64,000 nucleotides of DNA. Origin: an uncultured Bacillales bacterium. Lineage in GTDB: Bacteria > Bacillota_I > Bacilli_A > RF39 > UBA660. Below the pieces are notes generated by a model, which ran no database searches, was not told the origin of the DNA, and saw nothing but the letters and a program-made list of their open reading frames with translations. Of the stretch, positions 1 through 8,723 are shown piece by piece. Position numbers and translations under genes: made by a program. Numbering within the stretch: the first letter of the stretch is position 1; every line of letters starts with the position of its first letter. The stretch is from assembly GCA_946410555.1 (NCBI GenBank), contig CAMKAT010000003.1:5007-69006 (forward strand), read 5' to 3'.

Positions 1-934
1 TTAATTCGTCATAATGAGGAAATATATTAATATGAGTTAATCCTAAACCTTGATAGTATTTATTATATTTTTTATCTAATACTTCTTCCTCATATTCAGG
101 TGGTGAATATACATTTTCTGCTGAATTCATAGAACCTGCAGAAACACCAATAATAAATGCATCTGTTTTTCTTATTAATTCTCTTAAATTAATATTATTA
201 AAGAACTCATTTTGTGTTGGTACATGTCCTCCGCTTAAAAGAATAAGATCAGCATTCTTAATTAACTCTTCTGCTTTAGATTCTGTTCTTGAATCTAATA
301 ATTGATAGCTTTTAAATGGCAGTGTTAATTCAAAAGAATCAAATACTACCTTAGCATACTTATCATTTATTTCGTTTTCATATTCAGTGCTAGCTATATA
401 TAGGAAGTTATCATACTTTTTAACATACTTCTTTATAATATCTAATTTATGATTCTTATTATCAAATACCTTGGATACTTTATTACCAAATTCATCTTTA
501 TCAGATAAGTCTAGTGTACTTGCTAACATACATTTTATATCTTCATATACAAAAGAAAATTCTACATTAAACTCTAAACTATCAAATGTTTTTTTATCTT
601 CAGGACTAGAATATATCATGTCAGGATTATTTATTTCAACTTCTAATTTATATAGGTTATCACTTAATCTAGTTAATTCTACTTTATCTTTTGTTATATC
701 AAAAGTATATGACATTTCATCATCTTTAAAAGAAATATCCCAATAAATATGATTAATTAAATTAATCTTTTCATTTATATTTATACTTCTTGGATCAAAG
801 TCATCATTAATTGTTAAACTAATAAATCTATTATCTTTAAAATAAACATCAATTGATGTATTAGATTCATTCTTTCTTTTAATAAATGATGCTTCAGTTC
901 TAGATACTATTAAGTCTGTATTATTAAAATGCAT
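1..934 (-). CDS. Peptidase S51 (PepE/cyanophycinase-like) domain protein with a ~190-aa N-terminal extension; 3' end runs off the window
   Basis: Not in the ORF track because it is edge-truncated. Hand translation from ATG 934..932 (GGTGG SD at 941-945) stays open to nt 1: MHFNNTDLIVSRTEASF...LILLSGGHVPTQNEFF...AFIIGVSAGSMNSAENVY. The SGG...GxSAG pattern is the S51 nucleophile region. Confidence 0.55.
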   Translation of the reverse strand, partial: MHFNNTDLIVSRTEASFIKRKNESNTSIDVYFKDNRFISLTINDDFDPRSININEKINLINHIYWDISFKDDEMSYTFDITKDKVELTRLSDNLYKLEVEINNPDMIYSSPEDKKTFDSLEFNVEFSFVYEDIKCMLASTLDLSDKDEFGNKVSKVFDNKNHKLDIIKKYVKKYDNFLYIASTEYENEINDKYAKVVFDSFELTLPFKSYQLLDSRTESKAEELIKNADLILLSGGHVPTQNEFFNNINLRELIRKTDAFIIGVSAGSMNSAENVYSPPEYEEEVLDKKYNKYYQGLGLTHINIFPHYDEL

Positions 935-945
935 AAATATCCACC

Positions 946-1845
946 TTATCTAAATAATTTTTTATTTCTTTTCTTCACTTCTTCAAAAGAAGATATTAAA
1001 TTTTGATTATTAAATACTTCGATTCCATCATGAATTAAGTTAATATCAAAATTAATGTCTCTATATTTTTCTCCATCAATATTAATATCAATTGGCTCAT
1101 TTGATGAGATAAATATATTATCAGTAGTTATCTTTCTAACCCCATCACGAGTTTCGTGTTTACCATTTTTCATACTTAATATGGTACTAACCATATCAAG
1201 TTTTTTCATTTCCTCTACAAGATATACTTCCATCATGGAATCATTAAGAATACTAGATGGGGAAACCTTTATTCCTGATCCATAGTATCTCGCATTACAT
1301 ACTACGACTGTAGTAAATTTTTTTTCAATTTCTTTATCATCAAAAGATATATTTAATTCCTTAGGATTATAATTTAGAAAATGATTAGGAACTCCAATTA
1401 TATATCTTAATTTCTTTGGAATTTTAGTATTATGTACATATGTGTCATCATTTGCTATTTCTGCATCAACACCAAAACAAGCAATATTAATACAATATTT
1501 ATTATTAATCTTAATGACATCTACTTTATTTAATCCATCTCTCATTTTAGTTTCTTTAACAGTACGTGCAAAATCATTACCTGTTCCATTAGGAAGAAAA
1601 CTAAGAATATTATTAGTACCTTTAATACCATTTAATACTCTATTAATCATTCCATCTCCACCAACAGGTACAATAATACTCCTTGAAGCTTTATATTTAT
1701 TTAATATATCTTCAGTAGAATAAGAATCTGAATTAACTTCAATTGAATGATCAATATTTAATTCATAAGAGATTTGATCAATCATTTGATATAGTTCATT
1801 AATATAATTATTTCCAAATGAATTTAATACATATACATATTTCAT
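946..1845 (-). CDS. Diacylglycerol/lipid kinase family protein (DAGK catalytic domain, YegS/BmrU-like)
   Basis: 299-aa ORF with IVPVGGDGMINRVLNGI and LSFLPNGTGNDFAR, the nucleotide-binding motifs of the DAGK_cat family. Confidence 0.8.
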   Translation of the reverse strand: MKYVYVLNSFGNNYINELYQMIDQISYELNIDHSIEVNSDSYSTEDILNKYKASRSIIVPVGGDGMINRVLNGIKGTNNILSFLPNGTGNDFARTVKETKMRDGLNKVDVIKINNKYCINIACFGVDAEIANDDTYVHNTKIPKKLRYIIGVPNHFLNYNPKELNISFDDKEIEKKFTTVVVCNARYYGSGIKVSPSSILNDSMMEVYLVEEMKKLDMVSTILSMKNGKHETRDGVRKITTDNIFISSNEPIDINIDGEKYRDINFDINLIHDGIEVFNNQNLISSFEEVKKRNKKLFR

Positions 1846-1862
1846 AATTCCACTCTTCTTTA

Positions 1863-2444
1863 TTAACGGTGTAGACCGTAGTCTCTTACTAAACTTTTTA
1901 CTAAGTTAGAATCTCTTTTAAATTTTTCTCTTATTAAGTATTCACTAAATTCTTCATTTTTAATTTCTTCATAATATTCATTAGCTAAACATAAGACTAA
2001 TATTTCATATTCACTTAATGAATTAAATGATTTTCTCTTAGAATTAATAAACTCCTTTAATAATTCTTTACTATTTAATTTATCAATCTCACTATAAGCA
2101 TTTAATCTTTCTTCTTTAGTAAATCTAGATAGAATAAAGTCTTTTAAAGAATTATTCTTAAAGAAATTTTTAACTATATCATATTCTTCATCTGTACATT
2201 TTTCATCTTTATATTTTGGTAATATAGCATATATGTGTAATTGATTTCTTATCTTACTATATTTAGATATATAATCATCAGTAAGATCTTCGACTTTCAT
2301 ATTATTTAAATTATTAATTAATTCTTTTTCTTCTTTAGTTAAATATGAAGTAAACTTTATCCACATTTTAAGTGGATCATTTATTACATCAAATGAATCT
2401 GTAGGAATTGAATAAATTTTAGGATTACTTAATTTAATTCTCAT
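1863..2444 (-). CDS. Hypothetical protein (193 aa)
   Basis: Long ORF, ATG preceded by an AAGGTGAG SD, co-directional and tightly packed. No recognisable motif. Confidence 0.55.
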   Translation of the reverse strand: MRIKLSNPKIYSIPTDSFDVINDPLKMWIKFTSYLTKEEKELINNLNNMKVEDLTDDYISKYSKIRNQLHIYAILPKYKDEKCTDEEYDIVKNFFKNNSLKDFILSRFTKEERLNAYSEIDKLNSKELLKEFINSKRKSFNSLSEYEILVLCLANEYYEEIKNEEFSEYLIREKFKRDSNLVKSLVRDYGLHR

Positions 2445-2454
2445 AAACTCACCT

Positions 2455-3501
2455 TTATTTTTTAAAAATTCTAAAAGGTTTTAGAATTTTTTCTTTTTTA
2501 TTTCTTTTTTCTGGTAGTGCTTTTAAAGGAGCTTCTTCTACATCTATAGCATTATAATTTTTATCTATTAAATTAAAAATCTCTTGATTTGATTCACAAT
2601 GAAATCTTAAAAATAAACATGATGTGTGATTGAATATGTTACTACCTCTATCAGCTTCATCAAATCCAACTAAATAAGCACATAATAAATAACACAACTT
2701 GACATTATCATTATTATCTACGATATCATAAACTATTTCTCTATAATTTTGATTATTAATGGCTTGTTCATTAATCATGATTCTATATAAATATCCTCCG
2801 ATGTCAGTATCGTAATTATTAGCTAATATTTCCATGTTTTCCCTATGATATTTATCTTTCAAAGAAACTGGATTAATTGCTAAATATCCAATTGATGATT
2901 CTGGAAAAGAGTGAGTCATTTGAAGTGATGATTCTCCATATCTAATAATAGTATCTATATCTTCTTCATGATGAATACTATTAATTGAATCTTTATTACC
3001 AGCTACCATAGCTATATTTTCTTGTACTACAAAATTTCTATAATTTTCACTACAATCTATACTTACTAGTTTTTCAAAATCAATATCATGGTATGGGCTA
3101 TCAATAAATTCTTTTTTACCAATAATCCAAAGTGGATATTGAGCAGTGTTACACTTTTTTAAAGTTTCGATATCTTGAAAGTACTTTGGACTATTCAAAA
3201 ACTCTTTAGTTACTAAATAGTCAAATAAATGTTCCCATCCATCTGCATTATCTATACTTTCTATTGCTCTTAGTCTTTCTATACAATCTTCTTTATTTAA
3301 TAAATCTTTATTAATTAAAACACTTCTAAATTTTCTTCCCTTCTCAGGATCTATATCTATACTTAGAAAATTCTTCTTTTGAAGTTTGTTTAATGAATTA
3401 AACTATTCTTTTATTTCTTTATTATTTTTAAATTCAACAAATAGTTCATATTTATCTATAATTTCATCTAATTCGTATAACTTTATTGCTTCTTCTTTCA
3501 T
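2455..3501 (-). pseudogene. Hypothetical-protein gene interrupted by one in-frame TAG at 3403-3405
   Basis: ATG 3501 has a GTGAGGAT SD, an extended -10 and an upstream terminator. It reads MKEEAIKLYELDEIIDKYELFVEFKNNKEIKE, then TAG. The same frame continues without stops (FNSLNKLQKKNFLSIDIDPEKGRKF...DGWEHLFDYLVTKEF) into track ORF 2455..3198, whose TTG start is only the first start codon after the TAG. Confidence 0.5.
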
Positions 3502-3555
3502 TTTATATCCTCACTTTATTAGTCTTCCTTTTTAGCATATACTGCCTTTAGAAGT

Positions 3556-3564
3556 AGTATATCA
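3556..3564 (-). promoter_or_regulatory. Extended -10 element (TGATATACT) for the interrupted gene
   Basis: Minus strand reads TGATATACT about 55 nt upstream of ATG 3501, immediately after the terminator of the upstream gene. Confidence 0.45.
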
Positions 3565-3602
3565 TAAATAAAAGAATGTAAAATAAATAATTACATTCTT
3601 TA
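3565..3602 (-). terminator. Intrinsic terminator after the 3600..4118 gene
   Basis: 10-bp perfect stem AAGAATGTAA / TTACATTCTT (3572-3581 / 3591-3600) overlaps the stop codon and is followed on the minus strand by a T-rich run. Confidence 0.6.
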
Positions 3603-4118
3603 TTTAATTTTTATATTCTCTTCATTTTTTCTTTCAAATAAAGCTGATCTAGAAATAGATGGGTCATCTATTAGTGTATCAGTTACATTAATATGAAATT
3701 TTACTTTTAATTCATTTAATTTCTTAATTAATTCATCTATTTTTTGAATATTTTCATTAATAATTAAATCATAATTACTTCTAGATAATATCTCTTCTTG
3801 AATTATTAGATTTTCTAACTCTATGATTTTATTAGTTGAATTATTAACGAAATCGCTGTTATATGGAGTATTTGTTTTACTTACAAACTCTGCATACTTA
3901 TGTCTTTCTTCATATAGTTTTGTTAATTCTCTCTTTAATTCATTTACTTTTTCGAATAAATCTATGGAAGCTACATTATTAATATAGTCTACATTTTTAT
4001 TAACTTTGATAGATAACGTGTCAAAAGATACATTATTAATCATAGATTTATCATAATAAATTGCTTCGATAATAATTATACTTTTAAGTTCATTAATTAT
4101 TTCATTAATTGAATTCAT
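3600..4118 (-). CDS. Hypothetical coiled-coil-rich protein
   Basis: Track ORF 3600..4133 starts at a GTG lying next to the SD. ATG 4118 (MNSINEIINELKS) sits 5 nt after GAGG and is preferred. Heptad-like K/E/L/I-rich sequence, no catalytic motif. Confidence 0.55.
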   Translation of the reverse strand: MNSINEIINELKSIIIIEAIYYDKSMINNVSFDTLSIKVNKNVDYINNVASIDLFEKVNELKRELTKLYEERHKYAEFVSKTNTPYNSDFVNNSTNKIIELENLIIQEEILSRSNYDLIINENIQKIDELIKKLNELKVKFHINVTDTLIDDPSISRSALFERKNEENIKIK

Positions 4119-4135
4119 ATAAACCTCACTCACGT

Positions 4136-5920
4136 TTAATTAATTATATTATTTGTACCATCATTTCTTACTTTTACATTATTATTTGTTAAGATTATTC
4201 CTTCGGATTCTTTACCTAACCATACATTACCATTATTAAATGTATTATTAGTAACTTTAACTCCACCCTTTGAATGAACAGACATTAAATATATTACTAA
4301 TGTTTCATCTGTTCTATTAAGAGTATTTCTATTAAATAATACATTTTCATTAGTTCCTCTGATATCTACAAAGAAGAAATCATTATTACCATAACCACAA
4401 TTAGTAAATGTATTATCTTCAGCAGTTACATTCTTAGAAGATTCTATTTGTAATCCAAATTGTTTACTTCTAATTACTGTATTCTTCTTTACTTCTACAT
4501 CTTCAGAATTTATTACTTTAATACCTCCACCGCCTTGTGTTTCTGTAACTGTATTATTATTTATATATACAGTATGTCCATTTTTTAATACTATTCCTGT
4601 AGCAAGTCTATCTATATTATTATTAGTAACAGTTACATTTTCAAATGTTGTACCACTGTCAGGATATCCACCTAAAAATATACCACCTGCATATGCTTTA
4701 TTCTTCAATGTATTTTTATTTATTATTATATTAGTATATCTACAACCTTTTCCAAAGAATGAAATTGGTTCTGAGTTTTTATGACCATCAAATGAATTGT
4801 TTTCTATAAGAATATGATCAGCATTACCTGATCCCATGAATTCAATACCACAGTCAGTTTGTCTGAATACAGAATTAATTACTTTAGTGTTACTAATATC
4901 TTTAATCATTCTTATTCCTGTATAAATATTATCTATAAAATAACAATGATCTATAGTTACGTTATTAGCACCCCAAATATCTAAAAGATGAATTCCCTCT
5001 TTATCATCATGTCCTTGATCTCTTGTGTTAACTTCACTATTACCACTTACTGCTATGTTTTTAATAGTAAGATTATTAGCATTACTAACACTTAAGATAT
5101 CACTACCTCTTTTTGTTCCAGCAGCAGCTTTAAGTAGTGATGATTCACCATCACCCATAAGAACTCCTTTAGGGCTATTAGCAGGTATTGATATTCTACT
5201 TGATATTATATATGTTCCACTAGGAATATACACATTAACATCATTAAGATTCTTAATAGCATTTGTAATAGCTGTTGTATCATCATTTGAATTATTACCT
5301 TTAGCCCCAAATTGTTTAACATTATAAGTATTATCTATTGGTATTAAAGAAGCTACTAAATCATTATTAAGTAATATATATTTACCATTATCAATAACTT
5401 GATTAGATTTAGCTTCAACTCTATAGTATCCTTCACCACCATCATTAGCACTATAATAACCATTAGTATGTATTGTTTTACCAACACTTAAATTAGATTC
5501 TTTTAACTCATCTATATTATTAACTATCTTATCTACATTCATTCTTAATTTAGTTGTAGGTTCCGTTTTTGGTACTGTTGGTTTTGTAGTAATTACTTTA
5601 GTTATAACTTCACCAGTTTCAGGATTTGTAGTAGTTGTAAGTACTTCACCTGTATCTGAATCTATAACTACAGTTATTTCTTCACCAGTTTCTTCATCTA
5701 TAATTGTAGCAATTGTATTTCCTGATTCATTAGTAATAGTCGTTCCATTTATATTAATTGAAGTTGTTTCACCATCAGTCTTAGGATTTAATTCTTTATT
5801 TCTACTTTTATAAATATTACATAATACAAAAGTAAATATAAATAAAGAAGTTAAAAATATAATGGTAGATAATATCCATTGTACATTTTTATTATTTAAA
5901 AGCCCTTTGATGTTTTTCAT
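4136..5920 (-). CDS. N-terminally membrane-anchored right-handed beta-helix protein (Pectate_lyase_3 / polysaccharide depolymerase-like)
   Basis: One N-terminal TM helix. Three [DE]TGE[EV][IL]T repeats. YNVKQFGAKGNNSNDDTTAITNAIKNL...VYIPSGTYII is the hallmark start of the Pectate_lyase_3 beta-helix domain, followed by PbH1-like N/G/T/V-rich repeats. Confidence 0.7.
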   Translation of the reverse strand: MKNIKGLLNNKNVQWILSTIIFLTSLFIFTFVLCNIYKSRNKELNPKTDGETTSININGTTITNESGNTIATIIDEETGEEITVVIDSDTGEVLTTTTNPETGEVITKVITTKPTVPKTEPTTKLRMNVDKIVNNIDELKESNLSVGKTIHTNGYYSANDGGEGYYRVEAKSNQVIDNGKYILLNNDLVASLIPIDNTYNVKQFGAKGNNSNDDTTAITNAIKNLNDVNVYIPSGTYIISSRISIPANSPKGVLMGDGESSLLKAAAGTKRGSDILSVSNANNLTIKNIAVSGNSEVNTRDQGHDDKEGIHLLDIWGANNVTIDHCYFIDNIYTGIRMIKDISNTKVINSVFRQTDCGIEFMGSGNADHILIENNSFDGHKNSEPISFFGKGCRYTNIIINKNTLKNKAYAGGIFLGGYPDSGTTFENVTVTNNNIDRLATGIVLKNGHTVYINNNTVTETQGGGGIKVINSEDVEVKKNTVIRSKQFGLQIESSKNVTAEDNTFTNCGYGNNDFFFVDIRGTNENVLFNRNTLNRTDETLVIYLMSVHSKGGVKVTNNTFNNGNVWLGKESEGIILTNNNVKVRNDGTNNIIN

Positions 5921-6012
5921 GTTATCACCATACCCTTACTATAAGTTTACTATAGATAATTATTTATATCACTAAATATGTAAAGTATAAGCTTATCTTT
6001 CGATAAGTACTT

Positions 6013-6552
6013 CTATTTATTCATAAGATTTAGCGAATCATCAATTGATTCAAAAAGAACTATATCTGCTTTATATATTCCAACATCTTTTATTGTATAA
6101 TCAAATGATTTATCTATTTTTCCTAAATACTTTTTATAAAAATTAATTGTTTTATTACCTGCTAAGCATTCAAGTTTAACTTTTTTATAACCAAAGCTTT
6201 TAAGTGTTTCAAAACCTATTTTGAAAAGGTTTTTACCTATTCCAAAACCTTGATAATCTTTTAAAACATAAATAGCTCCGATTTCGCCGTAGTCTTTGTA
6301 TGCTTCATCACTTTGTCTTTCTGCAGTCATAATTCCAACTACTTTACCATCATGTATAGCAACAAAATATTTGCCATTTATTATATCTAAATATTTTCTA
6401 GTTCTTTCTGCCCTTTCTACGTATTTATCAACTCTATTCTTTAAATAATTAATATCTATTATTTCAGAATAAGATTCTAACCAACTTTGAGCAGATACAT
6501 AACTTATCCCAATAGCATCTTCATGTGTTGCTTCTTTATATATTATATTCAT
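6013..6552 (-). CDS. GNAT family N-acetyltransferase
   Basis: 179 aa with the acetyl-CoA motif A YVLKDYQGFGIGKNLF (Q/RxxGxG). Confidence 0.8.
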   Translation of the reverse strand: MNIIYKEATHEDAIGISYVSAQSWLESYSEIIDINYLKNRVDKYVERAERTRKYLDIINGKYFVAIHDGKVVGIMTAERQSDEAYKDYGEIGAIYVLKDYQGFGIGKNLFKIGFETLKSFGYKKVKLECLAGNKTINFYKKYLGKIDKSFDYTIKDVGIYKADIVLFESIDDSLNLMNK

Positions 6553-6561
6553 AGTGTACTC

Positions 6562-7230
6562 CTAACGTCCTTTTGCTTTTCTTACTAAACTTAATACTAA
6601 AGCACTTTTTTCAAACTTTTCTTCGTTTTCAAAGTCAGGATACACTAACTCATGTTTAGCTGCAAACATTAATTGATTATAATCTAAAGTATTGATTAAA
6701 TCTAAATTCATCATTTTGAAAAAGTCTTCATTGTAATCCCATTCAGTTAAATATTCTAAATTCAATAGTTCTTTTGATAATAAAGGTTGAAGATTAGAGA
6801 GTTCTCCATCAAGTAAGATGTTATCATCTGTTACATATTGATTATGACGTCTATAATGACCTCCGGTTAAAAGATAAGTATAGTCTGTATTATCTAGTTT
6901 AGTGTGAAACGCTTTATCTACTCCCGGATTTCCAAAGATATAAAAAGGTCTTACATCATCATATTTACCTTTAAGATAATTTTCTATTACTTCTTTATTA
7001 TTAGTTAATTCTATATAACTATATTTTTCTTTTTCTTCATCGAAGTGATCAATAGCATTGAATTTTATATGAGTACCATTTAAATATTCTTCGATTTGTT
7101 CATCGTTAGTATGTATAATAGCAGTTCTTATATTTTCCATTCTATCTTCTTTAAATTTTCTTAATGCATCTTGATCAAATGAAGTTTTATATACTTTAAT
7201 TTTATTATTTACTTTATCATATAAAAACAT
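6562..7230 (-). CDS. Hypothetical protein (222 aa)
   Basis: Long ORF with a GAAAGGAT SD. No recognisable motif. Confidence 0.55.
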   Translation of the reverse strand: MFLYDKVNNKIKVYKTSFDQDALRKFKEDRMENIRTAIIHTNDEQIEEYLNGTHIKFNAIDHFDEEKEKYSYIELTNNKEVIENYLKGKYDDVRPFYIFGNPGVDKAFHTKLDNTDYTYLLTGGHYRRHNQYVTDDNILLDGELSNLQPLLSKELLNLEYLTEWDYNEDFFKMMNLDLINTLDYNQLMFAAKHELVYPDFENEEKFEKSALVLSLVRKAKGR

Positions 7231-7294
7231 AATAATTATCCTTTCTTTAAGTTCCTTTTCTTTATTCCAATTAATTTATTATTACTCTCGTTAC

Positions 7295-7360
7295 TTAAAA
7301 CTTTTTTTCTTCTTCAGTTGCTCCTAACCAACCTACTGTAACCCATAATTCTAATGTCAT
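7295..7360 (-). CDS. Candidate small ORF (21 aa, MTLELWVTVGWLGATEEEKKF)
   Basis: Below the ORF-track size cutoff. GGAGGG SD (7367-7372) lies 6 nt upstream of ATG 7360. An extended -10 (7383-7391) lies just upstream. It would be the first cistron ahead of gene 6562..7230. Confidence 0.3.
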   Translation of the reverse strand: MTLELWVTVGWLGATEEEKKF

Positions 7361-7382
7361 AAACAACCCTCCATCTTTATTT

Positions 7383-7391
7383 AGTATAACA
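7383..7391 (-). promoter_or_regulatory. Extended -10 element (TGTTATACT)
   Basis: Minus strand reads TGTTATACT directly after the 7393-7419 hairpin and about 20 nt upstream of the small-ORF start. Confidence 0.4.
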
Positions 7392-7392
7392 T

Positions 7393-7419
7393 AAAAGACG
7401 GAATTATTTTCCGTCTTTT
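7393..7419 (-). terminator. Strong hairpin flanked by an A-run and a T-run (bidirectional-type terminator)
   Basis: 11-bp perfect stem AAAAGACGGAA / TTCCGTCTTTT with a 5-nt loop. It is a second hairpin downstream of the XRE gene terminator. Confidence 0.5.
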
Positions 7420-7511
7420 TTATATAATTTATTAATATCATTATTTAATCAATTTAATATACACATATTACCATCCATTAAATAAATATTATATATTAAA
7501 TGAATTAATAA

Positions 7512-7543
7512 TAAAAGAAAAAAGAAGAGTTACTTACTCTTCT
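7512..7543 (-). terminator. Intrinsic terminator of the XRE-family gene
   Basis: 8-bp stem AGAAGAGT / ACTCTTCT overlaps the stop codon (7534-7536). The minus strand then reads TTTTTTCTTTT. Confidence 0.6.
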
Positions 7544-8610
7544 ATTACTCTGTCTAAAGATTTAAAGCTATTTACTATTTTTGTAACTTCATCCATAGAT
7601 AAAACATTTTCAAAATCAACTATTCTTATAACATAAGTATTATTAAAAGTCTTTTCTTGATTAACTACTTTATTAATTTGCTTTTGTTCATATTCACCAT
7701 GTATTTCTATTATTTTCCTATCAGGATTTTTATAATTATATACGTTATATATACTGTTGTTAATGGTACCGTTTACTATATGTGATTCTATTGAAGCAGC
7801 ACCACTGTCAGGATATATAGCAAAATTATCAGTTAGTAATCTAAATAATCTTATATCGTATAATTTAGAGAATATATTTATATTTTTTATTTCAAGATAT
7901 TGTTTTTCTAATCTATAATAATTAGCATTTTTATCTTTATAATTAAAATCTTCATCTGGTAATACAAGTTGTTCAAACTCTTCATCATTAGTACATACTT
8001 TTATATAAGCATCATTATCACGTTTATCTCTATAGTTCTTAATAAATAATCTACATCCATTTTCAACAATATCAGATTTAGTTATATCATTTTCTACTTT
8101 AAAATCATTTGGAATATAAACCATAAAGTCGTCTAGAATGTTTTGATTAGCTAAATTATTTTGATTAAAATCATCATAATATACTTTTCTAAAACTTAAA
8201 TCATCTTTTCTTATTTCAATATTGTCTATTGAATAATATCTATAAAAATTAACTACTTTAAAAACAATTGGAACTATAATAGCTAATACTATAATAATTA
8301 TCATAATTATTTTTAATAACTTTTTATTATTATTCTTAACTTTATAATTAATACTTTTAATTACATTCTCTTCAAGTTTCTTTTGATAAGTTTTTTCATC
8401 TAATGCTTCACCTGATAAGAACTCATTAATAGTGATATCCAATTCATTACATAAATCATTAATTAAAGCGTAGTCAGGTAGACATACACCATTTTCCCAT
8501 TTACTTATAGTTCGGTTGCTTACTCTAAGGCGAGTTGCCAATTCTTCTTGAGTAAGATCTTTTTCTTTTCTTTTTTCTTTAATAAATTTTCCTATTTTTT
8601 CTTGATTCAT
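7534..8610 (-). CDS. Membrane-anchored XRE-family (Cro/C1-type HTH) transcriptional regulator
   Basis: N-terminus KDLTQEELATRLRVSNRTISKWENGVCLPD is a classic HTH_3 motif. One TM helix (LLKIIMIIIIVLAIIVPIVF) follows, then a ~240-aa extracytoplasmic domain. Confidence 0.8.
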   Translation of the reverse strand: MNQEKIGKFIKEKRKEKDLTQEELATRLRVSNRTISKWENGVCLPDYALINDLCNELDITINEFLSGEALDEKTYQKKLEENVIKSINYKVKNNNKKLLKIIMIIIIVLAIIVPIVFKVVNFYRYYSIDNIEIRKDDLSFRKVYYDDFNQNNLANQNILDDFMVYIPNDFKVENDITKSDIVENGCRLFIKNYRDKRDNDAYIKVCTNDEEFEQLVLPDEDFNYKDKNANYYRLEKQYLEIKNINIFSKLYDIRLFRLLTDNFAIYPDSGAASIESHIVNGTINNSIYNVYNYKNPDRKIIEIHGEYEQKQINKVVNQEKTFNNTYVIRIVDFENVLSMDEVTKIVNSFKSLDRVIEE

Positions 8611-8680
8611 TTTACCTCTTCCTTCTTATTGCTAGCATAAATAAAATTTATCAAATTTATATTATTTTTAACACGAACTA

Positions 8681-8715
8681 AAAAGAGAATTTAACAAAAT
8701 TGTAAATTCTCTTTT
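8681..8715 (-). terminator. Intrinsic terminator after gene 8724..9416
   Basis: 12-bp stem AAAAGAGAATTT / AAATTCTCTTTT with an 11-nt loop. The T-run is partly within the stem. Confidence 0.5.
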
Positions 8716-8723
8716 TTAGAGAT

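Noticed and set aside
471-746. Plus-strand track ORF (91 aa) at the left edge
   Set aside because: It lies entirely antisense to the S51-peptidase-like CDS (1..934, minus strand), which has an SD and recognisable motifs. The plus-strand translation is low-complexity S/L/N-rich, as expected from reading AT-rich coding DNA backwards.
3403-3405. Reading the in-frame TAG as pyrrolysine or as evidence of an alternative genetic code
   Set aside because: TAG is used as an ordinary stop elsewhere in the window (for example at 9473, 17671, 47568 and 57484). No pyl genes are visible.
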